Source: Candidatus Aminicenantes bacterium (GTDB taxonomy: Bacteria > Acidobacteriota > Aminicenantia > Aminicenantales > Saccharicenantaceae). From it: DNA of 64,000 nucleotides. A model generated the notes under the pieces. It saw only the letters and a list, made by a program, of their open reading frames with translations. It was not told the DNA's origin and made no database searches. The first letter of the stretch is position 1. Every line of letters starts with the position of its first letter. Shown here piece after piece: positions 45,317-54,674 of the stretch. The stretch is taken from the NCBI GenBank assembly GCA_963813235.1, contig CAWEYF010000012.1:4170-68169 (forward strand), in the 5' to 3' direction. A program made the position numbers and the translations under genes.

Positions 45317-46084
45317 ATGACAGGCGCCTACGAGCTCATCGACAAAGTCGGCCGTGGCCGCGAGCTCGTCGTCCGGGACGATCAGAACACGTTCGAGGAG
45401 CTCCTGGATGCCGCCCGGGCGGCCCGGCCGCGGAAGGCGCGATTCGGCCTCCTGGACACCGGGAAACTCGGGGCCGCGGAGCTCGAATGGCTCGGCGAGG
45501 CGGGAGCGCGTGTCTTCACGTCCGACGAGGCCCGGCCCGACGCCTCCGAGATCGTCCGCGCCGCCAAGGCCTGCGCCCGCGGCGGGGGAGCGGTCGCCCT
45601 CCTCGTGAACGGGCCTCTCGGAGACCGGCACGGCGACCTGGCTCGGGACGGAGTCATCCTCCACGTCTCCAACCGGGAGCGGGTCGCGGATCTTCCCGCG
45701 CTGGCGGATCTGGCCGGAGCGGCCGCGGCCGGGAGCGGGTTCCTGGTCTATTATCATCACGGCTCTCCCGTCCCCGAGCTCGCCCGGCTTGCCGCTGCCG
45801 GCGCACGCATCCACCTCTCCGACAGGGCCCTCGAGGAAAAGGACCTCGACATCATGACCGCCCTTCTCGAGGCGTCGCGCGCGGGCAGGGGCGAGATCAT
45901 CGTTTATATAGAAAAGGGGATGCCCGTGCCCTTCCTCGGAAAGCTCTTCGACGCCGGCGCCGTCCTGTTCTTCAAGACCCCTCCGAGCGACCGCCGGTCG
46001 CTCATGCGCGGACTCGAGCGGAAGGCCCGGAAGAGACGGCCCGCACCGGGCTCTTTCTACCTGCAGGATGCGTTCCTGCTCTGA
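45317..46084 (+). CDS. Hypothetical protein with four ~45-aa internal repeats
   Basis: 255-aa ORF. Repeats include LLDAARAA..RFGLLDTGKLGAAELEWLGEAGARVFTS, IVRAAKACARGGGAVALLVNGPL...LARDGVILHVS, LADLAGAAAAGSGFLVYYHHGSPVPELARLAAAGARIHLS and MTALLEASRAGRGEIIVYIEKGMPVPFLGKLFDAGAVLFF. I do not recognise the family. Confidence 0.6.
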   Translation: MTGAYELIDKVGRGRELVVRDDQNTFEELLDAARAARPRKARFGLLDTGKLGAAELEWLGEAGARVFTSDEARPDASEIVRAAKACARGGGAVALLVNGPLGDRHGDLARDGVILHVSNRERVADLPALADLAGAAAAGSGFLVYYHHGSPVPELARLAAAGARIHLSDRALEEKDLDIMTALLEASRAGRGEIIVYIEKGMPVPFLGKLFDAGAVLFFKTPPSDRRSLMRGLERKARKRRPAPGSFYLQDAFLL

Positions 46085-46128
46085 AAGCCCTTCCCCGCGC
46101 GGGGCCGATGGGTTATAATTCTCTGCTC

Positions 46129-46503
46129 ATGCCAGGAATGAAAATGAACGAACCGAGAGCGACCGTCGACGCCCAGGCGGCTCTGGAGAGGATCCGCAAG
46201 GCCGAGGAAGAGGCCGCCGCCATCGTCAGGGACGCTCGGGAGAAGGAAGGCCCGAACCTCATCCAGACCGCGCGGGACTCCGCCCGGAAGCTCCGGGACG
46301 AACTTCTAGACCGGGCCCGGAAGGACGCCGATGCTCTGAAGCGCTCCGCCGTCGCCGAGGCCGTGAAGCAGGCCGAAGGGATCCGGGCGGAAACGGAGCG
46401 GGAAAAAGCCCGGATGCGAGACCAGGCCGCTCCCCGGATGGCCGCCGCCTCCGAAGAGGCGGAGCGCCGCCTGGCCGCGGTCCTCGAGGGAGGCTCGGTT
46501 TAG
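46129..46503 (+). CDS. A/V-type ATPase small coiled-coil stator subunit (H/G-like)
   Basis: About 124-aa Ala/Glu/Arg-rich helical ORF (ALERIRKAEEEAAAIVRDAREKE...) immediately before subunit I. The start is ambiguous (46129, 46138 or 46144). Confidence 0.6.
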   Translation: MPGMKMNEPRATVDAQAALERIRKAEEEAAAIVRDAREKEGPNLIQTARDSARKLRDELLDRARKDADALKRSAVAEAVKQAEGIRAETEREKARMRDQAAPRMAAASEEAERRLAAVLEGGSV

Positions 46504-46506
46504 CCC

Positions 46507-48417
46507 GTGTCCGTCGCTTCCGTTTCGAAAGTCCACATTTTCGTCCACTCCGGGCGGAAAGCCGAGCTCTTGTCGGCCCTCCAGGAGGCCGGGCTCGTTC
46601 ACCTCGAAGAGGCGAAATTCGAAGGCGTGGACCTGCGCCGGACCGAGGTCGACGCCTCGGGGGTCGACCGGACTCTCGCCCGGCTCAAGCATGCTCTCGA
46701 CGTATTCGCCGCCCTGGACGAAACCTCCGGCCTGAAACGCCTCCTCCGCCCGAAGCCCGAACTCTCCCTCAAACTGAAGGCCGAGGCCCTCGGCTTCGGC
46801 CACGGCCGCGTTCTCGACGAACTCGAAAGACTCGAATCCGAAGGGAACGCCCTGACGGCCGGGATGAAGGCCCTGGACCGGGAGGCGGATTTCCTCGAGC
46901 CGCTCCGCGATCTTGCCCTGCCCCTCGAGGCCTTCCGCGGCACGCGGACGGCCGAGGTCAGGCTCGTCCTCGTCCCCGCCGCCGAAGCGGAGAGGCTCGA
47001 GGAGATGGCGGCGAAGAGCCCCATCTGGTTCGAGGTTGTTTTTGGGGACAAGCGTTCCTGCCGTGTCGTCGCGATCTTCCCGCGTGAATCCGTCGACGAG
47101 GCCGATGCGGCGCTCGCGGAGCTCGGCGCAATCCCGGTCGACCTCGAGTCCCGAGTCGCTTCCGCCGGCCCCGGAGAAAGGATCGAGGACCTGCTCGCGG
47201 CGAACAGGCTCGAGCGCGGCCGGAAGGCGTCCGCCGAGGCCGCGCATGAGGCCGATATCAAAGCCATGACCGTCCATGCCCCGGCCCTGATGTCGGTCTA
47301 CGATCTTCTGATGAACGATCGGGAGAAGGCCCTAGCCGTCCGGCTCATGGGCGAGACCGAGGCCGTGAGCTGTATCGAAGGGTGGGTGCTGGGCGCGGAC
47401 AAAGGGCGCCTGGAGAAAAAGGTCGCCGCGGTTTCGGACGTTGCCCAAGTCTGCTTCCGCGAGCCGCTCCCCGAAGAGGAACCTCCGGTTTTCCTGGAGA
47501 ACCCGAGGGCCGCCCGGCCGTTCGAGATCATCACGAAGCTCTACGGGCTTCCCGAGAAGGGCTATCTCGATCCCACGATCCCGCTCGCGCCGTTCTTCTT
47601 CATCTCTGTCGGGCTTTGCGTCAGCGAAGCGGGCTACGGCTTCCTGGTCGCGCTTCTGAGTCTCCTCTACATAAAGTTTGCCCGCCCACGCGGCGGCGCG
47701 AAACAGTTTGCCGTCCTTGCCCTGTACCTTGGGATCTCCAATATCATCCTCGGCACGCTGTTCGGCGGCTGGTTCGGGTTCCCCATCCGCTCGCTCCTCC
47801 TCATCGATGCCCTGAAGGACCCCATCCCGTTCCTCGGGCTATCGCTGGCCTTGGGCTTCCTCCAGGTGTGGTTCGGGACGCTCCTGAGCATGATCAGCGG
47901 TCTCAAGAACAAAACGTACATGGAGGCCATCTTCGTCAAGGGGGGCTGGCTTATCCTCCTCCCGTCGCTCATTCTCTACTTTGTGACGAAGCACCCGGCC
48001 GCGGGCATCGCTGCGATCGTCGGGGCCTCGGGCGTCATCTTCTTTGCGGCGCCCAGCCGGAACCCGTTCTCCCGTTTCTTCGGCGGGCTCTACAGCCTTT
48101 ATGGTATCTCGGGCTACGTCTCCGACACGCTTTCGTATTCCCGCATCCTGGCCCTCGGCCTGTCCACGGGTGTCATCGGCATGGTCATTAATAATCTGGC
48201 GCAGACGGCGTTCCGCATCCCTGTCGCTGGATGGGTCCTGGCGCCGCTCATCTTCGTCGGCGGCCACCTGTTCAACCTGGGCATCGGCTTCCTGGGCGGC
48301 TTTGTCCATTCGATGCGCCTCCAGTTCGTCGAGTTCTTCACGAAATTCTACAAAGGCGGCGGCCGGCCGTTCACGCCCCTCCGCCTCGAGAACAAATACG
48401 TCGAGTTCGTCGAATGA
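46507..48417 (+). CDS. atpI: A/V-type ATPase subunit I
   Basis: Intact 636-aa ORF (GTG start). It has a cytoplasmic N-terminal half and a polytopic C-terminal half with the conserved Arg context LSYSRILALGLSTGV. Confidence 0.85.
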   Translation: MSVASVSKVHIFVHSGRKAELLSALQEAGLVHLEEAKFEGVDLRRTEVDASGVDRTLARLKHALDVFAALDETSGLKRLLRPKPELSLKLKAEALGFGHGRVLDELERLESEGNALTAGMKALDREADFLEPLRDLALPLEAFRGTRTAEVRLVLVPAAEAERLEEMAAKSPIWFEVVFGDKRSCRVVAIFPRESVDEADAALAELGAIPVDLESRVASAGPGERIEDLLAANRLERGRKASAEAAHEADIKAMTVHAPALMSVYDLLMNDREKALAVRLMGETEAVSCIEGWVLGADKGRLEKKVAAVSDVAQVCFREPLPEEEPPVFLENPRAARPFEIITKLYGLPEKGYLDPTIPLAPFFFISVGLCVSEAGYGFLVALLSLLYIKFARPRGGAKQFAVLALYLGISNIILGTLFGGWFGFPIRSLLLIDALKDPIPFLGLSLALGFLQVWFGTLLSMISGLKNKTYMEAIFVKGGWLILLPSLILYFVTKHPAAGIAAIVGASGVIFFAAPSRNPFSRFFGGLYSLYGISGYVSDTLSYSRILALGLSTGVIGMVINNLAQTAFRIPVAGWVLAPLIFVGGHLFNLGIGFLGGFVHSMRLQFVEFFTKFYKGGGRPFTPLRLENKYVEFVE

Positions 48418-48439
48418 CGGAGCGCGAAAATAGAGATAA

Positions 48440-48931
<492 letters not shown>

Positions 48932-48939
48932 GCCGGAAC

Positions 48940-49356
48940 ATGAGCCTGGACATCATCATCGCCAAGGTCCTGGACGACGCCCGGGCCGAGGCCGGCCGGA
49001 TCCTGGCGGACGACCGTCGGAGGGCCGATGAGCTGCGGGCCGAGGAGGCGCGCCGGGCCGAAGACCAGGCCGAGGCCGTGCGGCGCGAGGCAGGGAACGA
49101 GGCCGCGCTCGAGGCCGGCCGGATCGTCACCCAGGCCCGCCTGGCAAGGCGCATCGAGCTCCTCGCCGCCCGCAAGGCCCTGGTCAACGAAGCCATCGAA
49201 CGCGCTCTCGCTAAGAACTCCTTGCGGGACCGCGCCCTGTCGAAGACCGTCGTCTCACGGGACGGGGAGACCGAGGAACCGTTCGACCGGGCAAAGCTCC
49301 TCGAGGAGATCCGGTCCGGCCTGGAGAATGCGATCGCCGAGATCCTGAAGATATGA
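48940..49356 (+). CDS. atpE: A/V-type ATPase subunit E (short form)
   Basis: 138-aa helical ORF (IIAKVLDDARAEAGRILADDRRRADELRAEE...) in the E position of the operon. Confidence 0.7.
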   Translation: MSLDIIIAKVLDDARAEAGRILADDRRRADELRAEEARRAEDQAEAVRREAGNEAALEAGRIVTQARLARRIELLAARKALVNEAIERALAKNSLRDRALSKTVVSRDGETEEPFDRAKLLEEIRSGLENAIAEILKI

Positions 49357-50138
49357 AACGACGCTCTCCGCTCGACTACGCCTATGCCATCGGCCGCGTC
49401 CGCGCCTTGGAGACCCGGCTCGTCGGGAAGGCCGTTTTTCGCGAGGCCGCGGGTGCCCCCGACCTCTCCGCGGCGCTGAAGATGATCTGCGAGGCCGGCC
49501 GCTTCCTCGACGGTTTCGCGGACGTCCGGACGGCGCCCGGGCTGGACGCGGCGCTCGAGGGGGAGAGGGCCGGCCTCGAAGCCCTGCTCGCCGAGCTCCT
49601 AGCCGATACGGGAATCCCGGAGATCATCGACCTGGACTTCCGCCCCCATGAGGCGCTCGCTTTGGCCGAAAGCCTCGGCAGTCCGTTCATCACGGACCAC
49701 CTCCGGCGCGCGGTCGACCTGGGGAACATCAAGATCTTCTTGCGCGCCCGGCGTCTCGGGCTCGCGGGGGAGAAGTTTGAAGCCATGGTTCTCCGCGGCG
49801 GCTTCCTCGACGAAGGACTCTTCGTCCGAGGCTACGCCGCGCCGGATGCCGAGATCGGAGCGCAACTCGCGCCGACGCCGTACGCCGCACTCTGGGAGAA
49901 CGCCGTAAGGGCGCTCGCCGAGCGGAACACGTTCGTCGACCTGGAACGCGGCATCGAAGACCTCCTGATGGCAGGCCTGCGCCCGGCGCTCACGATGGTC
50001 TTCGGCCCGGAGCCGGTCTATGCCTACGGGCTGGCGAAGCGGCGCGAATTCCGCCTCGTCCGCGTCGTGGCCTCCGGCAAGATCAACGGGCTCCCGGCCG
50101 CGCTCATCGGGGAAAGGATCAGCGACACGTATGTCTGA
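49353..50138 (+). CDS. atpC: A/V-type ATPase subunit C (V0 d-like)
   Basis: 261-aa ORF with N-terminal LDYAYAIGRVRALETRL, typical of AtpC/NtpC. It overlaps atpE by 4 nt. Confidence 0.75.
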   Translation: MKRRSPLDYAYAIGRVRALETRLVGKAVFREAAGAPDLSAALKMICEAGRFLDGFADVRTAPGLDAALEGERAGLEALLAELLADTGIPEIIDLDFRPHEALALAESLGSPFITDHLRRAVDLGNIKIFLRARRLGLAGEKFEAMVLRGGFLDEGLFVRGYAAPDAEIGAQLAPTPYAALWENAVRALAERNTFVDLERGIEDLLMAGLRPALTMVFGPEPVYAYGLAKRREFRLVRVVASGKINGLPAALIGERISDTYV

Positions 50139-50466
50139 CATGATGAAGGTCGCGATCGTCGGGGACGCCGCACTCCTTGTCGGGTTCCGGGCCCTCGGGA
50201 TCAAGGTGTTTTCGCCCGCGAACCCGGACGAGGCGCGGGCTGTGCTGGCGCTGCTCGAAAAGGAGGACATTACGGCCTCTGCCTCCTCCACGAGAGGTTC
50301 TTCGGGCCCCTCAAGGAGGAGAGGGAGGCGCTCGGTCGGAAATTCAGCCCCGTCGTCGTGGGCTTTTCGGACTACCAGGACGGCCTCGGACCATCTTGAG
50401 GTCATGTTGAGGGAAATGGCCGTGCGGGCCACGGGCTCGGATGCGCTGGTGAAACGGAAGGGATGA
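50131..50466 (+). pseudogene. atpF: A/V-type ATPase subunit F with a compensated pair of frame switches
   Basis: MSDMMKVAIVGDAALLVGFRALGIKVF... and the C-terminus ...[19 protein letters not shown] lie in one frame. The middle part is only protein-like in another frame (YGLCLLHERFFGPLKEEREALGRKFSPVVVGFSDYQDGLG). Frame switches are near 50270 and 50390. Confidence 0.7.
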
Positions 50467-52249
50467 ACATGCAAGAAGGAAAGATCGTTCGCGTGGCCGG
50501 GCCGCTCGTCGTCGCCTCCGACTGCTTCGGCGCCAAGATGTACGACATGGTCAGGATCGGGAGCCTCGGGCTTGATCGGCGAGATCATCGAGCTCAAGGA
50601 GGACCGGGCGTACATCCAGGTCTACGAGGATACGACGGGCCTCGGGCCCGGCGAGCCCGTCTCGCTGACCGGCCGCCCGCTGAGCGTCGAGCTCGGGCCG
50701 GGCCTCCTCGGCTCGATCTACGACGGCATCCAGCGGCCGCTCGACGGGATCCGGGCCAAAACGGGCGACTTCATCGCGCGCGGCGTCGAGCTGCCTTCGC
50801 TCGACCGTGCCAGGAGATGGGAGTTCAAGCCCGCCGTGCAAGGCCGGCGAGACGGTCGGGCAGGGGGACGTCCTCGGCGAGGTCCAGGAGACGCCGCTCA
50901 TCCTGCATCGCGTCCTGGTGCCCGAAGGCTGCGCCGGCAAGATCGTCGCGATCAAGGCGGGCAGCTTCGGCGTCGCCGAGGTCGTGGCCCGATCGCGACC
51001 GCCGACGGGACGAAAGACCTCCCGATGATCCAGACGTGGCCCGTCCGGCGCCGCGGCCCATGGCCGAGCGGCTCATGCCCGACGAGCCGCTCGTCACCGG
51101 GCAGCGGGTCATCGACATGCTCTTCCCGATGGCCAAGGGCGGCACGGCCTGCGTGCCCGGGCCCTTCGGCAGCGGCAAGACCGTCGTCCAGCACCAGCTC
51201 GCCAAATGGTCCGACGCGCAGATCATCGTCTACGTCGGCTGCGGCGAGCGCGGCAACGAGATGACGGACGTGCTCAGGAGTTCCCCGAGCTCAAGGACCC
51301 GCGGACGGGGCGGCCGCTCATGGAGCGGACCGTGCTCATCGCCAACACCTCGAACATGCCGGTCGCGGCCCGCGAGGCGTCCGTCTACACGGGCATCACG
51401 ATCGCCGAATATTTCCGCGACATGGGCTACTACGTGGCCCTGATGGCCGATTCGACCTCCCGCTGGGCCGAGGCGATGCGCGAGATCTCGGGCCGGCTCG
51501 AGGAGATGCCGGGCGAGGAAGGCTATCCGGCCTACCTGCCGTCGCCGCATCGCCGAGTTCTACGAGCGGGCCGGCCGCGTCGATCTGCCTCGGCCGCGAC
51601 CGCAGGGCCGGCACGCCTCAGCGTCATCGGCGCGGTCAGCCCCGCCCGGCGGCGACCTGTCCGACCCGGTCGTCCAGGCGACGCTCAAGGTCGTCAAGGT
51701 GTTCTGGGGCCTCGAGGACACACCTCGCCTACGCCCGGCACTTCCCGGCGATCAACTGGCTCACGAGCTATTCGCTCTACCAGGACGACGTCTGCAGATT
51801 ATCTGGCCGCGACAACGTCGCCGAGGACTTCGTGGACGCTCAGCCGGTCGAGGCGATGCAGCTTCTCGAGAGAGAGGCCGAGCTCGAGGAGATCGTGCGC
51901 CTCGTCGGCGTCGATTCGCTCTCGCCGAAGGACCGGCTCGTCCTCGAGACGGCGCGGACGATCCGCGAGGACTTCCTGCACCAGAACGCCTTCGACGCCG
52001 AGGACACCTACACGTCGCCTGCCGCAAGCAGTACCGGATGCTCAAGGCGATCCTCGGTCTCCACCACGCGTGCCCTCAGCGGCGGTCGCCGAGCGGCGTC
52101 GCGCTCGAGAAGGTCCTCGAGCTGCCGGTGCGCGAGCGAGATCGCCAAGATGAAGTACCTCCCCGAGGACGAGCGCGCGGCTCGACGAAGTCCCGGCCGC
52201 GCTCGACGAGCAGCTCGCGAAGCGTGCCTGCCGGAGCTGCACGGATTGA
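50463..52249 (+). pseudogene. atpA: A/V-type ATPase catalytic subunit A, frame interrupted at least 6 times
   Basis: Segments in alternating frames: [91 protein letters not shown] (Walker A), [65 protein letters not shown]. Frame switches are near 50572, 50845, 50985, 51058, 51275 and 51540, with more downstream. Confidence 0.85.
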
Positions 52250-52259
52250 GGAGGTCACC

Positions 52260-53659
52260 ATGCGCAAGGAGTATCAGACCGTATCGCAACATCGCCGGCC
52301 CGCTCATCATCGTCGAGCGGGTCGATGACGCAAGCTACGGGGAGCTCGTCGAGATCGAGCTGCCCGGCGGCGACCTCCGCCGCGGCCAGGTCCTCGAGGT
52401 CGACCGGGACAGGGCGCTCGTCCAGGTCTTCGAGGGCACGGTCGGCCTCGACGTCCGCGGGAACGCGCGTGCGGTTCCTCGGCCGCGGCCTCAGCAGCTC
52501 GCCGTGTCGCCGGACATCCTCGGCCGGATCTTCGACGGGTCCGGGAAGCCGATCGACGACGGGCCGCAGATCATCCCGAAGAAGACGCTCGACATCAACG
52601 GCAGTCCCATCAACCCGTACGCGCGCGACTATCCCGACGGAGTTCATCCAGACCGGCATCTCGGCGATCGACGGCCTGAACACGCTCGTGCGCGGCCAGA
52701 AGCTCCCGATCTTCTCCGGGTGCGGGCCTGCCCGCACCCGGACTCGCCGCCCAGATCGCCCGGCAGGCGACGGTGCTCGGCAAGGGAGGAGAAGTTCGCC
52801 GTCGTCTTCGCCGCGATGGGCATCACCTTCGAGGAGGCGAGCTTCTTCATCGAGGACTTCCGGCAACACGGGCGCCATCGAGCGCGTCGGTGCTCTTCAT
52901 CAACCTCGCCAACGACCCGACGATCGAGCGCATCGCCACGCCGCGGGCTGGCGCTGACCGCCGCCGAGTACCTCGCCTTCGACCTGGGACATGCACGTGC
53001 TCGTCATCCTCACCGACATGACGAACTACTGCGAGGCGCTGCGCGAGGTGTCGGCCGCCCGCAAGGAGATCCCGGGCCGGCGCGGCTACCCCGGCTACCT
53101 CTACACCGACCTCGCGACGATCTACGAGCGCGCCGGGCCGCATCAAGGGCGCGGAAGGGCTCGATCACGCAGATCCCCATCCTGACGATGCCCGAGGACG
53201 ACAAGACGCACCCGATCCCCGACCTCACCGGCTACATCACCGAGGGGCAGATCATCCTCGAGCCGGGAGCTCCACCGCAAGGGGATCTATCCGCCGATCA
53301 ACGTGCTGCCGAGCCTCTCGCGGCTGAAGGACAAGGGCATCGGCGCGGGCAAGACGCGCGAGGACCACGCCGACGTCTCGAACCAGCTCTTCGCGTGCTA
53401 CGCCCGCGGCAAGGAGGCCCAGGAGCTGGCCGTCATCCTCGGCGAGGCGGCCCTGACGGACCTCGACAGGCTCTACCTGAGGTTCGCCGAACGGTTCGAG
53501 GACGAGTTCGTGCGGCAGGGCGAGTTCACGGCCCGGACGATCGGCGACACCATTGCCTTGGGCTGGGCCCTGCTCCGCGACCTGCCCGCGGCCGAGCTGA
53601 AACGGATCCGCCCGGAATATATAGAGAAGTACTATAAGGAGGCTCACGCTAAAGTTTGA
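52260..53659 (+). pseudogene. atpB: A/V-type ATPase subunit B, frame interrupted at least 10 times
   Basis: GGAGG RBS before the ATG at 52260. Segments in alternating frames: [182 protein letters not shown]. Confidence 0.85.
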
Positions 53660-53717
53660 GGCTGCAGGTGATGAAAGAACGGCGGGATATTATGGCCGCG
53701 GGCTCGGGTTGGCGCGA

Positions 53718-53858
53718 TGTAGCCGCAGGCTTTAGCCTGCGTGAAGCGCGCAACCTAAAGGTTGCGACCACAGCAAGCGCGGCCGATGATCCCCGTGATA
53801 TCACCGCAAGCTTCAGCTTGCGTCTTGACAAGCGCAGCCTAAAGGCTGCGGTTACAGA
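53718..53858 (+). repeat. Two tandem units, each of two short palindromic hairpins (REP-like), inside the ATPase operon
   Basis: The four hairpins are CGCAGGCTttAGCCTGCG (53724-53741), GCAACCTaaAGGTTGC (53750-53765), CGCAAGCTtcAGCTTGCG (about 53805-53822) and CGCAGCCTaaAGGCTGCG (about 53832-53849). The units are about 82 bp apart. Stem differences between units are compensatory. Confidence 0.7.
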
Positions 53859-53882
53859 AGACGCCTGTCCAGCGGAAACGCC

Positions 53883-54494
53883 ATGAAGCTCAACGTCAAC
53901 CCGAACCGAATGGAACTCCTGAGGCTGAGGCGGCGGCTCGCCCTGGCCGAGCGCGGCCACAAGCTGCTCAAGGACAAGCTCGAGGAGATCATGCGCCGGT
54001 TCATCGAAACCATCCGGCGGCTCTCGACGCTTCAGGCCGAAGTGAGCTCCGGCCTCGACAAGATCTTCGTTGCCTTCGCCCGCGCGTCCGGAAGGAACTC
54101 CGCCGCAGAGCTGGCCCGGCTCGTCCCGGACGGCGTGCTCGACCTCGCCTCCGGGAGGACGCACGTGCTCAGCCTCGCCATCCCATCCTTCACCGTCGAG
54201 AATCTCCGCGTTTCCGGTTACGACCTCCTCGAAACGGAGGCCGAAATGGACATCGGCGTGAGGCGGGCCGAGTCCCTGCTTCCAGCCCTCCTGGAGATGG
54301 CACGGCTGTGGAAGACCGCCGATCTCCTGTCGTGGGAGATCGAAGTTACCCGCCGCCGCGTCAACGCATTGGAGCACATCCTCATCCCCGGCATCCGTGA
54401 CGCCATCCATTCCATTTCCGCGCGGCTGGAGGAAATGGAACGGTCGACCCAGGTCCAGCTCATGCGCGTCAAGGAGATCATCCGACACCACTAA
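53883..54494 (+). CDS. atpD: A/V-type ATPase subunit D
   Basis: Intact 203-aa ORF. MKLNVNPNRMELLRLRRRLALAERGHKLLKDK and the C-terminus TRRRVNALEHILIP are AtpD/NtpD motifs. Confidence 0.85.
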   Translation: MKLNVNPNRMELLRLRRRLALAERGHKLLKDKLEEIMRRFIETIRRLSTLQAEVSSGLDKIFVAFARASGRNSAAELARLVPDGVLDLASGRTHVLSLAIPSFTVENLRVSGYDLLETEAEMDIGVRRAESLLPALLEMARLWKTADLLSWEIEVTRRRVNALEHILIPGIRDAIHSISARLEEMERSTQVQLMRVKEIIRHH

Positions 54495-54549
54495 TGGTGG
54501 CTCCGGCGGGCCGTTCTACAGAAAAAAGTGGTCATCCCGTAAAAAATCA

Positions 54550-54578
54550 TTGACAATTCGGAAAATTAGTATATAAAT
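54550..54578 (+). promoter_or_regulatory. Sigma70 promoter (TTGACA-17-ATAAAT) in an AT-rich spacer
   Basis: TTGACA at 54550-54555, 17-nt spacer, ATAAAT at 54573-54578 (or TATAAA with a 16-nt spacer). It lies about 97 nt upstream of the ATP-grasp start. Confidence 0.5.
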
Positions 54579-54674
54579 AAAACTGGATGAGATGAAAATA
54601 AGAGCGAAGAGAGCATAAAATGATCACTCCCCTCGGTACGTACGTTCACTTGAGTTGCACGCAGAGCTAGGGCG

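Noticed and set aside
53656-53886. A 76-aa ORF between atpB and atpD.
   Set aside because: Its sequence is just the translation of the paired hairpin repeats. It has no RBS, and its internal repeats mirror the DNA palindromes.
54592-54670. The two tiny leader ORFs as graspetide (microviridin-like) precursor peptides for the ATP-grasp pair.
   Set aside because: The peptides are 8 and 16 aa, lack Asp, Glu and Lys donor/acceptor residues, and lack any leader motif. They are kept only as a note within the ATP-grasp finding.
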